A DNA stretch of 64,000 bases from Octopus vulgaris (Eukaryota). The DNA is taken from assembly GCA_951406725.2 (NCBI GenBank), contig OX597819.1:27218001-27282000 (forward strand), in the 5' to 3' direction. The translations under genes were made by a program, and so were the position numbers. Shown here piece after piece: positions 43,315 through 58,300 of this stretch (position 1 is its first letter; every line of letters begins with the position of its first letter). The notes beneath the pieces were generated by a model. It had not been told where the DNA came from and did not search any database. It saw only the letters and a list, made by a program, of their open reading frames with translations.

Positions 43315-43682
43315 TATTGTTTCAATCAATTGACCGCGATGCTTGGACACCGCCTTGAAGGTTTTTAGTCGATCGACCCTAAGACTTATTTATTTAAGCC
43401 TAGTATTTCATCTGTCGGTGTCTTTTGCCGAACCGCTACGTTATGGGAAAATAAACGCACCAAACCCCGTTGTCAAGCAGTAGTCGGAGGACAAACACAC
43501 ACACACACACACACATACGACAGGCTCCTTTCAATTTCTGTCTATCAAATCAACTCAAAAGGCTTTCGTTGGTCTGTAGCTATAGTAGAAGAGATAGTTG
43601 CCCAATGTGCCATGCAGTGGGATTGAACCCGGAACCATGTGGTTGAGAAGCAAGCTTCTTACCACACAGCCACGCCTGCGCC
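43315..43682 (-). mobile_element. SINE A, diverged
   Basis: Head ends at 43682; tail near 43320. Confidence 0.8.
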
Positions 43683-43702
43683 TAAGAAAACAAAACTGCT
43701 TT

Positions 43703-43796
43703 CACCTACAGGGGGACTCGAACCAGCAGCCCTCTGATTCCTTCTTAGAAAGGGTCTTAAAAGTTTGATGCTCAACCGACTGAGCTGTTTCTGATC
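43703..43796 (-). pseudogene. tRNA-Lys(UUU)-like pseudogene with 19-nt intron
   Basis: Minus strand: AGCTCAGTCGGTTGAGCA TCAAA CTTTTA [AGACCCTTTCTAAGAAGGA] ATCAGA GGGCT GCTGG TTCGAGT CCCCC. The acceptor and T stems are degraded. Confidence 0.75.
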
Positions 43797-43827
43797 CTTT
43801 TGTTTTTATTTTTTATTTTTTGCTTGT

Positions 43828-44245
43828 TCTCTCTCTTTACTCTTTTACTTGTTTCAGTTATTTGACTGAGGCCATGCTGGAGCACCGCCTTTAATCGAGC
43901 AAATCGACCCCGGGACTTATTCTTTTGTAAGACCAGTGCTTATTCTATCGGTCTCTTTTGCCGAACCGCTAAGTGACGGGGACATAAACACACCAGCATC
44001 GGTTGTCAAGCAATGCTAGGGGGGCAAACACAGACACACAAACAAACACACGCACACATATATATATATATATACATATATACGACAGGCTTCTTTCAGT
44101 TTCCGTCTACCAAATCCACTCACAAGGCATTGGTCGGCCCGAGGCTATAGTTGAAGACACTTGCCCAAGGTGCCACGCAGTAGGACTGAACCCGGAACTA
44201 TGTGGTTGGTAAACAAGCTACTTACCACACAGCCACTCCTGCGCC
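43828..44245 (-). mobile_element. SINE A full-length
   Basis: Complete and close to consensus. Confidence 0.9.
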
Positions 44246-44810
44246 TAGAGAATTTTTCGTTTTTTTTAATTTTTTTTTTTCAGCCCCTGATACAAAAGTT
44301 GGGAACTGCGTTTGGTGTTTCTTGTTTAACATTGCAACTGACAATATCGCGTTTCGTAAATATATGAACGAAGACACCGATGTTCATTCATACATGTTAA
44401 AACACATGTATAGATGCATGCATGTGCATGTGCATGTACGTATGTGAATGTAGATCTGCATGTGTCTGCCTCTTTCTTTTTTCTGAAAATCATGAATCAT
44501 GCGTACATATATATGTATACGTTTGTGCTTAAGTATGTTTGTGTGTGTGTGTGTGTGTGTGCTTGTTTGTTGATTGGATGTTTAGATTGTAGTTAGATCT
44601 AAAAGTGTTGATTAATTGCCGATTTTTATTAAATCTAAACCTACATGGAGGATGTTGATTAAAGAAACAAAATTAAGTTTGTTCGAATGAGTCATAATTA
44701 ACCTGAGACATATACAAAAGCAGCGACAGTCACTGCACGCAATAACATGCACACAGACATAAGCATACACACACACCTACCCAAGCGTACATGTACATAT
44801 ACACACACAT

Positions 44811-44855
<45 letters not shown>

Positions 44856-45104
44856 TACATAGAGAGAGAGAGAGAGAGAGAGAGATGGATGGATAAATAT
44901 GTTTCTTTATTAGCCACACAGGGCTGCACACAGACAGGACAAATTACAAGGTAGAGCTTTTCTTTTGGGGGTAAAAAAACATTTGGTTTTCGATGAAAAG
45001 GGATCGTAAAGGGAAAGAACGAGGACAAAACAGGGGGGAATAAATTTTTTACAAAAATAAGATAGATAGATGTGTGAGCATGTATACGCAATTGTACGTA
45101 TATA

Positions 45105-45140
<36 letters not shown>

Positions 45141-45685
45141 TGTATGTATGTATGTATGTATGTATGTGTGTATGTATGTATGTATGTATGTGTGTATGTA
45201 TGTATGTATGTATATGTGTATGTGCGTTTGTATATATAAGTACACATACTTACACAGACATATATATACATATATATACACGCACATACACACATATGTG
45301 TATGTATGTATACACCACCACCAAAGAGGTACTTAGTGTTATACATTTAAATTAGTGTAGAAATATCTGTGATTGTAGAGATAATGTGCACAAGTGTATC
45401 AGTATGCTGATAAATTATATTGTAAAACGTGTTATATAATATTATATCCATATTATACTATTTGTAATATATTATATACATACATACGTACGTACGTACA
45501 TATGTATGCGTTTGTACGTGTGTGCGTGTGCGCAACTTACGCACATTCGCACACGTACGCACTGGCTTTATAACCACAGATGATAGTCTCAATCTAATCT
45601 AATTTAAACATACACTAAGTACGTCTTTGGTATTACACTGAGACCATAGAGACGCAGAGACACGGAGAGGACTTGCAGAGTTGCA

Positions 45686-46284
45686 GAGGCGGGGAGGAGG
45701 AGGAGGAGGAGGAGGAGACGAGAGAGAGGAAGCAGAGGAGGACTGAAAGAGAGAGAGAGAGAGAGGGAGAAGAAAGAGTTGGAAAGAGAGAGAGGGCGAG
45801 GAAGGCAGAAAGAACTAAAGAAAGAGGGGGACGAGGAGGAAGAGGCGAGAGAGAGAGGAAGCAGAGGAGGAGGAGTGAAAGCGAGAGAGAGAGGAAGAAA
45901 GATTTGGAAAGAGAGGCAGAAAGAACTAAAGAGAGAGACAGAGAGAGAAAGAGAGAGAGGAGGAGGCGAGAGAGATAGAGAGAGAAAGAAGAGAGGGAGT
46001 GAAAGAGAGAGAAGGGGAAGAAAAAAGTTGGAAAGAGAGAGGGAAACGAATGCAGAATAAACCAAAAAGAGAGAAAGAGAGAGAGAAAGAGACGAGGAAA
46101 TGGAGGAAGGGGAGGAAGAGGAGGAGGGGGAGGCAAGAGAGAGGAAGCAGAGGAGGAGTGGAAGAGAAAGAAGGGAAGAAGGTGGAGAAGAAAGAATTGG
46201 AAAAGAGAGGGAGAGGAAGAAAGAAGAAGAAGAAGAAGAAGAAGAAGAAGAAGAAGAGGCGGTGGCGGAGGAGGAGGAGGAGGA
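45686..46284. repeat. About 600-bp polypurine (GA-rich) tract with internal recurrent blocks
   Basis: GAGAGGAAGCAGAGGAGGA x3, TTGGAAAGAGAG x3, GCAGAAAGAACTAAAGA x2. Confidence 0.85.
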
Positions 46285-46837
46285 ATATCGGGCGAAATAA
46301 TAGACATATTTTACTGGTTCCTTTCTTAATCTATCTTGATAAGGCATTTTTCATATTGCTTTTGTTATGTTCTCACGAAGCGAGGGAAGTGAAGAAGAGG
46401 TCGCTTAGGAAGACGGAAAATGAAATGTTTAGAAATAAAGCTAAGATATAACAACAGATAAAGAAGCTTGGACGGGTTATTGTCTAAGTTATATATGTGT
46501 GTGTATGCATGCATACATACCTACATACATATACATACACATACACATACCTATGCATATATAAATATATTTAATATATAATTTAATATAGGCATACATA
46601 TATGCGTGTGCTTGTATATATATAGATATGATTAAATATACATGCATACACACAGTTATTATGTGCGTGTGTATGTGTAGGTGTGTTTGCGTGTGTGTAT
46701 CTATATACCTATAAGCGTGTTCAGGGTGGTGGTGTGTATGTGTGTGTGTCTGTGTGTACGTGCGTGTATGTGTGTGTGTGTGCGTGTGTGTGCGTGTGAT
46801 ACTTAGATCATTTTAACGAGAATATCCGGAGAGGAGA

Positions 46838-46879
<42 letters not shown>

Positions 46880-46903
46880 GTAATCATGATGATGATGGTG
46901 ATC

Positions 46904-46945
<42 letters not shown>

Positions 46946-46949
46946 GTGT

Positions 46950-46981
<32 letters not shown>

Positions 46982-47074
46982 GTGTTGGTGATGGTGTTGA
47001 TGATGATGATGATGATGATGATGGTGTTGTGATGGAGATGATGATGATGATGGGGATGATGATGATGGTGTTGG

Positions 47075-47121
<47 letters not shown>

Positions 47122-47122
47122 T

Positions 47123-47157
<35 letters not shown>

Positions 47158-47200
47158 CTGGTGTTGGTGATGGAGATGATGATGATGATGATGATGATGA
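46838..47200. repeat. (GAT)n microsatellite
   Basis: Visible directly in the sequence. Confidence 0.95.
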
Positions 47201-47578
47201 AGACCGGCAACAACTACAGCAAGAGTTTTGCAATCTTACTATCTTTATTCTATCCACCACATTCACCACACACACACCACACACATCCATTCACCCTTGT
47301 TTTCTTGATAACACGAGAAAGAAGTCAGAAGAAAGCGCAAGACAAGAAAGCAATGGAGCCTGGGACTAAAGGAACGTGTCAAACGAAAAGTTATATCTCG
47401 CCATATCTCACCATATCTCGCCATATCTCTCATCTCTCATCGTATCTCGTCTCCCGAAGGAACGTCAGCAGACGAGACAAATAAAAAACTTTTTATACTT
47501 TACACTAAAATACATGCAGACACACTTAAACAACCCAGCCACACATACAATCAAATATTCACGCACACACACATGTAA

Positions 47579-47627
<49 letters not shown>

Positions 47628-47661
47628 TAAATGATATATATATATATATATAATACATATA

Positions 47662-47703
<42 letters not shown>

Positions 47704-47944
47704 CACACTCAACAATGTATGCATATATGCACATATACACACATACATCAGTATACACACTACACCAACCAAAACGTGAGTGCAAATTTCGGCAGATGCA
47801 ATGAATTATGGGAAACCCTTTTAGTTGAGATGAAATGCATAGAAACAATGACGTTGAAAAATGGCTACTTTTATGTTTCATGCAATCCCCCACCTCTCCG
47901 TCTCCCTCTCTCTCACCATTTATTTACATGTATGTATGCATGTA

Positions 47945-47993
<49 letters not shown>

Positions 47994-47995
47994 AT

Positions 47996-48228
47996 ATATT
48001 TCTTTACTACCCACAAGGGGCTAAACACAGAGGGGACAAAACAAAGACAGACAAAGGGATTAAGTCGATTACATCGACCCTAGTGCGAAACTGGTACTTA
48101 ATTTACCGACCCCGAAAGGATGAAAGGCAAAGTCGACCTCGGCGGAATTTGTACTCGCAATGTAACGACAGACGAAATACCGCTAAGCAGTTCGCCCGGC
48201 GTTCTAACGTTTCTGCCAGCTCGCCGCC
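47996..48228 (-). mobile_element. SINE B full-length (tail 1) inserted in (TG)n
   Basis: Complete copy with (TG)n on both sides. Confidence 0.9.
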
Positions 48229-48295
<67 letters not shown>

Positions 48296-48975
48296 TGAGA
48301 CAAACGAACATGCGCGTTAATCTTGTATTCCTTTATTACATCTGTTACATGTGTTTCAGCATTCGATAATAAATGATATCAAACAATGAAAGCCATCTAT
48401 TGATACACCTCAGAAGAACAGTATGCATAATCAAGACCGAACGTCTCCTGCGATAGAAAAACAGATGCATGGCATGCTTTTTATATAAAGACTACATGGA
48501 TCAGAACGATTTTCACTGGTCGATCCTTTTAGCTATGGTGTGTTACGATAGGGTACTTAAAGTATTCGCCTCGATTTTCCTATCCCTATTCCTTTTTGTA
48601 TTACTCTTTTACTCTTTTACTTGTTTCAGTCATTTGACTGCGGCCATGCTGGAGCACCGCCTTTAATCGAGCAACTCGACCCCGGGACGCACAATGCATA
48701 CAACACACACACACTCAACACACTTACATAACACGCACACATATGCATGTATGTATGTTTATATATATATCCAATGAAAAGGAGAAAACAAAGAAAATTC
48801 TTAATGTCTGTTTGTATGTATATACTATGTATATATACATATAATTGTATCATTGTATCGATAATACTATCGGATGTTGTTACACACCGCTAGGCACAAT
48901 GCGTTTCTTCGCTTTGTTATAGCTTTGTAATGATGCCACCTTGCTGGCAAAGCAGGCAATATGTATGTGTGTGTG

Positions 48976-49047
<72 letters not shown>

Positions 49048-49868
49048 TATGTATGTATGTATGTATATTAATAGACCAAAGTGTACGTACGCCGCTAACC
49101 GCTTCTCACGGGTGAGAGCATTAGCTACGCGCGCGCGTGTCTAAGCATGCTTTCTATCTCCTCATTCGATCACTAAATGGAAACGCTGAACTTGAAACCT
49201 TAATTAGATTGTCGTTGTTACTACACAAACCACGGCCGCTCCCTTATCTATTTGCTTCAAATGAGACCAGGATTCAATGATCCATTATCCGTTGGCTGAG
49301 AGAGAAAGAGAGAAATATGTATCAAGAGAGTCATCTCACACTTCCCTCTTTATCTCTCGATCTACGTCGTTTGTTGCCTATGTACTGTTATTCTCCTCGA
49401 AGACGGTCACACATATATATACTCACACACACTAACACATAACTATAAAGGCTACCCACACTTATGCGTTTTGTTGTATGGAATATAAAATATCAGATTG
49501 ACGTTGAGATAAACCATAGAAGTTGTTATTGTTTGATGCAAAAGATTTCAATTTCCTTTCTGCTAAAACTTAGGTCTTTTATATGGTCTCCCAACAGCTG
49601 CTGGGAGGTGAACTAACTTATTGAAAATAATACATAGTCTTTTGTGGTACATCCTGCGTGATACATATATGTGTTGTATATGGGTGACAGCCTTGAGACC
49701 TCATCAGAAAATAAATAATAAATAGTTGGAGTATTTGTAAGAATATTTTAGCTGTGCGTTGTGCATGGATATTGCGAGCGTGAAATGTTTGAGGTATGTT
49801 GCTGTTGTTAGCAACATACCTCAAACGACTATATATACGTTGTATCAGGTCAGCTCTGATAGAACATA

Positions 49869-50104
49869 CAGCCGTAGCCAAAAGTTTGAAAGATTTTTTA
49901 AAAATCAAAATTGTTATGCCCAAGTACAATTCGATTCAAACACAACGTATATATTTGGGCATTTGATATAAAAATTTTAATTTTCAGACCTATGTTCCAA
50001 ACTTTTGGCCAAGTTATAATATATTTCAAATTAAATATAATTTTTGGTATTTGGTATAAAAATTCTCATTTTCAGACCTGTGTTCCAAACTTTTGGCCAC
50101 GACT
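49869..50104. mobile_element. Tc1-like MITE with duplicated right end
   Basis: TA-CAGCCGTAGCCAAAAGTTTG and CAAACTTTTGGCCACGACT-TA. An extra CCAAACTTTTGGCCA lies at about 49997. Confidence 0.7.
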
Positions 50105-50881
50105 TATGTATAAGTCACTCAGTCGTTTACCACCACCACATAAGCTCTTTGTAGTGTATTTATTTAGTTCACATCCCTCACGCTGAAGAGAACTCCTCTT
50201 CTTCCCACTACAACTGGATGGTCTAAAAGAGAGTAAAGAACGCTGCTTTTTTTTTTTTTCCACTAAGTCATGCAAAAAGGCTTTCCATTTACGACCATCC
50301 TATATGTTCTTTTTCTCTTCAGACATAGCGTACTCCGGGCTACATTATCTAATCTGGTTTTGTTTTTAAGACGATTGTGCTGGGTTTAAAAGAAACTTCG
50401 CTGCTATTTCTGGCCGGTGTATGGGCTACGTAGAGGCTCCAGTCTCGGTTCTTATAAGCAAATTTATTTTAAATTTCTTTTGGCTGTGTGTAAAAGCTTA
50501 ATTATCTGTCCAGTTTAATAATGAATTAATTGATGGTTGCTGATAATGTAATTGTTGTCATTAGTGTTGCTAATGTTGCAATTGTCACCGTTGTTATTGC
50601 TATCGTTTTTGTGTTGCTATTGTCGTTATTTTCGCTGTTGTCGTTGTTGTGATGGTAGCAGTTCTTATTTTTATTAATACAGTTGTTGTTGTTGTTATTG
50701 ATGCCATCAAAATTGTCACTGCAATAATGTTGTTGTTATTATCATCGTCGTCGTCGTCTAACAGTTCTTGTTGTCGTTATTGCTACCGTTGCCGTTATTC
50801 ATTTAACCTAAGTTTAAACTATAGTACTTTCCAATTGTGGCCATCCCATGCCAATCCTATTGGTTTCCTCAAGGGTAGTAA

Positions 50882-51112
50882 GGGCGGCGAGCTGGCATAA
50901 TCGTTAGCACGCCGGGCGAAATGCTTAGCGGTATTTCGTCTGCGTTACGTTGTGAGTACAAATTCCGCCGAGGTCGACTTTGCCTTTCATCCTTTCGGGG
51001 TCGATAAATTAAGTACCAGTTACGCACTGGGGTCGATGTAATCGACTTAATACCTATGTCTGTCCTTGTTTGTCCGCTCTGTGTTTAGCCCCTTGTGGGT
51101 AATAAAGAAATA
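50882..51112 (+). mobile_element. SINE B full-length (tail 1)
   Basis: Ends in GAAATA. TSD-like GGTAGTA(A)GGG on both sides. Confidence 0.9.
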
Positions 51113-51254
51113 GGTAGTAGGGCAAGATTTGAGGAACATGCGCTTGCTATTATTCCTAGTCGGTCGAGACCCTTAGGTTAGTATGGATTATTTCGTTAGT
51201 TTTTATATGTTTATTTAATTAGTTATTGTGAATTCCAATCTATATGACCTTTCA

Positions 51255-51427
51255 ATTCTGAGTTCAAATACCGCCGAAATCGACTTTGCCTTTCAACCTT
51301 TCGGAAGCGATAAAATAGTACCAGCTGAACACTGGTGACGATGTAATCAATATACCCTCCTCCTCAAAATTGCTGGCCCTGGGCCAAAATTCGAGAAACC
51401 AGTAGTGGTTGTAGTAGTAGTAGCAAT

Positions 51428-51501
<74 letters not shown>

Positions 51502-51502
51502 C

Positions 51503-51580
<78 letters not shown>

Positions 51581-51800
51581 TGTAGTAGTAGTAGTAGTAG
51601 AATCGTTAGGAAGCTGGGCGAAATGCTCAGCCGCATTTCGTCTGTCTTTACATTCTGAGTTCAAATTCCACCAAGGTCGACTTTGCCTTTCATTCCTTCA
51701 GTGGTCGATAAAACAAGTACTAGTTGAGCACTGGGGGTCGATGTAATCGACTTAACCCCTTCACCGAAAATGCTGACCTTGTACCAAAACTAAAAACCAA
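51255..51800 (+). mobile_element. Two SINE B (tail 2) copies separated by (GTA)/(GCA)n
   Basis: Body motifs at about 51260 and 51655. Confidence 0.8.
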
Positions 51801-53229
51801 TATGATGCTGAAACTGATGAACCAACGCGGGAGCCGCTGAATGGTTGTCCGACCTGCTAGAAATAGTGACGAAAATCTCATTTATAAGAGACATTAAGAT
51901 AAAATAAAGGATACATTAGATTATATAATCCTACGCACATTAACAACCTCCAAAAGAAAAGCCATTTAGTACTCGATAAATCTGATAGTAGTAACAACCC
52001 AAATCCCTCTTAAAATACACCCGGCTATTTAAACAAAAGATAATATATAAGATATGCAAAGATGGTGTATCTTTAATAACTGGAATACCGTTGATCACGT
52101 GTCTACTCTGTCATGGACGACATGCAGTTAAACAACGAACGCAACAACAACAGCGGTAACAACGCTGAATAAGATGTTGGAACCATAGTTAGTTAAGAAG
52201 CAGATGAAAGTAGACAAGTAAGTACTACTCGGAATAAATCTTTGTCAGCAAACTGTTTTGGAAGATGAAAGCCATGAAGAAATATCTGTCAAAACGTCTG
52301 TTTCTAAAGCTATCTGATACATCAGCTTAGAAGTATTATGTGTTGTACAAGAATGCGTGTAGGTGACTCAAGTTAGCTCAGCGATCTTGCGTGCGTGCGT
52401 GCGTGTGTAGTTGTATGTAGTCCATGTGAGAGCAGGAGTGCGTGTGAGGAGAGGTATATGCGTGTGTCTGTGTATATGTGCGTGTCTTTGTGTGTGTGTC
52501 TGTTTCTGTGTGTGTGTGTGTATCTAGGTTTTGTGTGTATGTGTGTGTGCGAGCGCGTGCATTTCAAAAAGTGATATATTGAATATGACTGATGAGAAAA
52601 TGTAGGTATATGATATCTATGCACAGGTGAGGTTAATATTTAGATGTATATAGGTGTGTACATAGAGGTGTCCTTCTTATGTGAAATGTAAGATGAGTGC
52701 ATGCACATATGTATATGTATATATATGTGTGTGTGTGTATGTGTGTGTGTGCGCGCGTATGTGTGTGTGTGTGTGAATGTATTGTACTTATGCATGAGAG
52801 TGTGCATTTCTTTGTATACACACACACACTAACAAACACATACAAACACACATATATATGTTTACAGAAGAGGAGACACGGGAGAAGAGGAGGAGGGCAG
52901 GTGGATGACGACGACGAGCAGGATGAGGAAGATGAGGAGTGTGGCTTAGTCGTTAGGGTGATTGTGCTGATCGTAGGTCGAGGGTTCGAATGCAGGGTTT
53001 CGGGTTGTTCCAACCGAATTAACTGAAAATGATGAGTCTACGGGTGTACTGTACTCTCAGAGGCTTAAACGCCTACAAAACAGATATATATCTACATATT
53101 GATTTGGAAATTGTTTTCCCAAATTATTTATATTAATATACGATAAATAAGACCCCAAAGTACGTTATGTAGATGCATATAATGCTGTAGGGTTACACCT
53201 GATTGATTTGGAAATTTGTTTTCCCAAAT

Positions 53230-53309
<80 letters not shown>

Positions 53310-53311
<2 letters not shown>

Positions 53312-53467
53312 AAAGTTTTTTATTCTCTCTCTCTGTTTATTTCATCGTGTTCCTTTCTGTTGAAGAGCGTAGGCTCGAAACATAAAGGATTTTCTCTCCT
53401 TCCCGAGCATCAAATCATACTAATACACTTGCTTCTTGTTTATACACCTGTTTTTCTGTAAATTTTA

Positions 53468-53472
<5 letters not shown>
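53310..53472 (+). mobile_element. Penelope-like pseudo-LTR fragment with hammerhead-like motif (53351-53389)
   Basis: TCCTTT-CTGTTGA-A-GAGC(GTAG)GCTC-GAAA-CA-TA-AAGGA. Flanked by (TA)n and homologous to 55425-55612. Confidence 0.6.
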
Positions 53473-53515
<43 letters not shown>

Positions 53516-53925
53516 CATTTATCACTTACTTGTTGCAGTCATTTGACTGTAGCCATGCAGAAGCGCCGCCTTGAAAGCTTTTAGTCGAACAAATCGACCC
53601 CAGGGCTAATGTTCTTTCTTTTTTAGCCTAGTACTTATTCTATCAGTCTCTTTGGCCGAACCGTTAAGTTACCAGTATGTAATCACACCCAACACATTCT
53701 TTGTCAAGCGGAAGAGGGGGGACAAACAAAGACATACACAATCAGAGATACATATATACATATATATATAAGAATTTATATACATACATATGTACGTATA
53801 TATATACATACATACACATATATATACATATATATACATATACGTATATGCACACACACGCATGCACACTCACGCACGCACGCACACACATACATACATA
53901 CACACACATACATACACACACACAG

Positions 53926-53976
<51 letters not shown>

Positions 53977-54059
53977 TATACATATATACACACACTCACA
54001 CATATATATACAGATAGATAGATTCATAGATAAATACAGATATATATATATATGTGTAA

Positions 54060-54093
<34 letters not shown>

Positions 54094-54135
54094 GCATATA
54101 TATACACACATAACCATGTAGATAGATAGACAGAC

Positions 54136-54316
<181 letters not shown>

Positions 54317-54975
54317 TGCAGGTCATGACAGTTGCTTCATCTTGTTGGGTGACAGCTGTCTCGTTATTCAATGCTCAGTCAATCTCCTTTCACGATTGCA
54401 CACATATGTTCCAAGATAAGACTCATAAAATTAGGTGATCTCTTTACAATGTTTACAGAAAATGTCTGACAGAACTCAGCATATCAATCATAATTTGCAC
54501 TAGCTTCAGCAAATATTATATCACGATGGCTTGTATACATAGATACACCAGGCAATGTCTATAGACATTTCAAAGAGTAAATGGTAAACTATCTGTCAGG
54601 TTTACGGAAGATGTGGGTTCGAGTAGTACGGGTAGCCTTAAACTATTTTTATGCAATAGGGTTTTTAAACTAATGTTTACATGCAATTAATTATTGGATT
54701 ATCTAGTATTCTACACTTAAAAACAAATTATTTCATGTTCTCTCGACGTTTCTAAACTTTTATCCCGAGGGGATGGCATTACTCCTGTACACGTCCACTT
54801 GTGCTGTGATCATGTTTATCTTGAAGATTTCTCCATTTGCTTACTACGCTATCTTTTCCCAAATAAGTACGTGTGCGTGTGTGTGTGTGTACATATATGT
54901 ATATATATATATATATATGTATGTATATATATGTAGATATATGCATATACATATATATATATACATTATATATAC

Positions 54976-55059
<84 letters not shown>

Positions 55060-55424
55060 ATCTTTATATCCCATTTAATGTGAATGTCTTGTCAAAACAC
55101 CGAAAACTGGATTATCAGACATGAGACGTCCTTTCATATAGGTGTTTGGTGCATAAAAACACACAGAGAACGTAGCAGACAAAATTTGTTTGGCACGGGC
55201 GCTAGAATTCCGTTTGCTAAGATATATGTCTCTGCTTATATGCACCAAGCGCCTATATGAGACGATCTCTCAAGGTTAATAATGCTGTAGCTGGCCACAC
55301 TTGTCACATCATTCATGTGCCACACAGAATTTCCCTGAGAACTACGTTAAAGGTATGTGGAGTACTAAGCCACTTGCACGTTGATTTCATGAGCAGGGTG
55401 TTCCGTTGATCATATATATATATG

Positions 55425-55610
55425 TTAGACGCCATGATAGATCGTTAGCCACTACACACATTTTTTTCTCTCCTTGTTTTTTCTGTGTCCCTTTCTGTAG
55501 AAGAGCGTAGGCTCGAAACGTCAAAGACGTTTTCTTTTCCTGAGCGTTATACTAATACATCTGTTTGTTTTGTACACCACCCGTTTTCGTCTTTTGCTTT
55601 TTTTCGTAAA

Positions 55611-55612
<2 letters not shown>
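55425..55612 (+). mobile_element. Penelope-like pseudo-LTR fragment with hammerhead-like motif (55487-55528)
   Basis: GTCCCTTT-CTGTAGA-A-GAGC(GTAG)GCTC-GAAA-CG-TC-AAAGAC. Confidence 0.6.
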
Positions 55613-55668
<56 letters not shown>

Positions 55669-55677
55669 GTATGTATA

Positions 55678-56022
55678 CAGGATGCAATGGGTAAATTGTC
55701 GCCATTTTATATTTTTAATTTCGTGTATGCGGATTGTTTGTTTTTGATTTTATCGACTACACAGTATAGTAGGGTCAGTCAGTTGGGCACTGTCTTTGAG
55801 AAAAAAACAGCACCATGCCGCATTTCACTCTGCCAGAAATTTAGAAACGACATGCTGTATTGCTTGGCATTCGCGCCAGAAGCTCCAATACGAACATTTC
55901 AGAGGGTTTCGGTGTCAGTCTGAGGACATGTACCAAGAGTGATAAAAATCAAACATTCAGTCAACATCGTGGTGTTTGGAGTGATCACTAGTAATGACGA
56001 CGTTATACCTCCATTCATCTTC
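55678..56022 (+). mobile_element. maT/DD37D-like transposon fragment
   Basis: Starts TA-CAGGATGCAATGGGTAAATTGTCGCC. Reads VIKIKHSVNIVVFGVITSNDDVIPPFIF at 55939, resembling the HP.SVMVWGV.SDG..PL.F motif. Confidence 0.65.
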
Positions 56023-56053
56023 CTATCTTATCTTTTTGGGGATAAGATAGATC

Positions 56054-56085
<32 letters not shown>

Positions 56086-56086
56086 T

Positions 56087-56125
<39 letters not shown>

Positions 56126-56258
56126 CGCAGGCACAGATTGACTGATAGACAGATAGATAAATAGACAGACAGACAGTCAGTCAGTCAGACAGACAGACAG
56201 GCAGACAAACAGACGGGCAGTCAGACAGACTGACAGGCAGACTGACAGGCAGACAGGC

Positions 56259-56293
<35 letters not shown>

Positions 56294-56296
56294 TAG

Positions 56297-56327
<31 letters not shown>

Positions 56328-56699
56328 TATGCATACGTATATGTGTGTGTGAATGCATCTATCTATGCAAGTTAGTATTGAGTATGTATGTGTGCTTGTG
56401 TTGGTATGTGTACATATGTCTACTCATGTACACAGTTGCGCATGACCATGAAATATCATTACGGTCGCCTGTCTGCGACATTGTTTTAAACCAATAAAAC
56501 ATAAACAACAATCTAATTTATGTGAGAAACGATAAAAAAATAAATCCTTGCCTCACATATACATGCTTCCGTGTTTGTGCGCCTCTAGGTCTCAATACAC
56601 AAACATGTGCAACTAATGCGTACTGGTGCAAAAGTGCTTCTGCATATATGCATTTGAATGTGCAGTTTATGATTCGATGTATACAAGTCGATGTATATA

Positions 56700-56861
56700 G
56701 GCGCAGGCGTGGCTGTGTGGTATATAGCTTGTTTACCGACCACATGGTTCCGGGTTCAGTCCCACTGCGTGGCACCTTGGACAAGTGTCTTCTGCTATAG
56801 CCTCGGGCCGACCAAAGCATTGTGAGTGGATTTGGTAGACGGAAACTGAAAGAAGCCTGTC

Positions 56862-56909
<48 letters not shown>

Positions 56910-57142
56910 ATATGTATGTGTATGTGTGTCTGTGTTTGTCCCCCTAGCATTGCTTGACAACCGATGCTGATGTGTTTATGCCCCCGTTACTTAGCGGTTC
57001 AGCAAAAGAGACCGATAGAATAAGTACTGGGCTTACAAAAGAATAAGTCCCGGGGTCGAGTTGCTCGATTAAAGACGGTGCTCCAGCATGGCCGCAGTCA
57101 AATGACTGAAACAAGTAAAAGAGTAAAAGAGTAAAAGAGTAA
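56700..57142 (+). mobile_element. SINE A full-length
   Basis: Complete; the tail ends in (GAGTAAAA)n. Confidence 0.9.
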
Positions 57143-58028
57143 GTCTTATGTATGCGTCTTATATGTGCTTATCCGTGTACGTATGAAAGCATCTGTGTTT
57201 TGTTTATATATGAACGGCTTGCGTTGTAATATTTTTATTATAAATATTATCTCATATTTGTGTTTACATAGTTGTAGTACGTTATATTGTTTACGTATGT
57301 CTAGGTGTATGTGTTCTCGGCCGTCTGTGTTGGTTTGCACCGGTGCACGTGCCTGCGTGTACATATGTGTAAATAAATTCAAAGTCTGCTTTCGAAAACG
57401 CCGCGCTTCCACAGTGAAACATCAGCTAAACGACATCTATAATTTTCATCGTATAATGATACACGCGAAACTCTGTCTGCTCAGAATTCTTGTGCCTCAG
57501 TCTATATTTTCTCAGCGTAGACATGCTATAGCTTTCGGGAATCAGGATGAACCTACATCTGCTGTGAATCTGCCCTTTATTCGGTTCTTGGAGATTTAAA
57601 AGCATTTGGGTTGCTATTTCTAACAGGTAAAGCTTGGCTGATTCATGCCATCTTAGTTGGCGTTTGTTATATGACACCAGAAATCAAGGGAAGATAAGTG
57701 ACATTCGTTTCGTTAATTTTACGTCGAGATTAAAACTTTGGGACAAATTGGCCAACAGTTGGAATTCAATTTGGAACAGGAACAATAGAATAATCGCATT
57801 ACAGAATTAATTCTCATCTGTCCTTAACCTCTGATCAAACACCACTGGGGCATATAGTCATTATAGACGTATTATAATCATTCTATTTAACTCTCATTAG
57901 TTTTGGGCCGCAGTCCCAATCAGCCCTCCGCAGGATCTAGCATAAAAGTCCACACGAAGTGCGGCTTTTAAGCCAATCGTTACTAAAACATATGATAAGG
58001 GAACTAACTCAAGTAAACCAATGGTAAG

Positions 58029-58300
58029 AATGGCTGCATCGTAAGAAGTTTGCTTCCCAATCTGACCCACTGCATGACACCTTGGGCAAGTATCTTCTAC
58101 TCTAGCCACGGGCTGGCCAAAGCCTTTTGAGTGGATTTGGTAGGCAGAAACTAAAGGAAGCCTGTCGTATAGGGATTCGTGTGTAAGTGTATGTGTACGT
58201 GTGCGTGTGTATGTGTGTGTATCTTTGTGTCTGTGTTTGTCCACCACCTTCACTAGACAACCGGTGTTGATGTGTTTACATCCCCATAACTTAGCGGTTC
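58029..58300 (+). mobile_element. SINE A, diverged and 3'-truncated
   Basis: Head and CORE-like motifs are present. Confidence 0.7.

Noticed and set aside
49690-49712. CTGATGAG on the minus strand
   Set aside because: It is followed by a weak stem and GTCA rather than GAAA.
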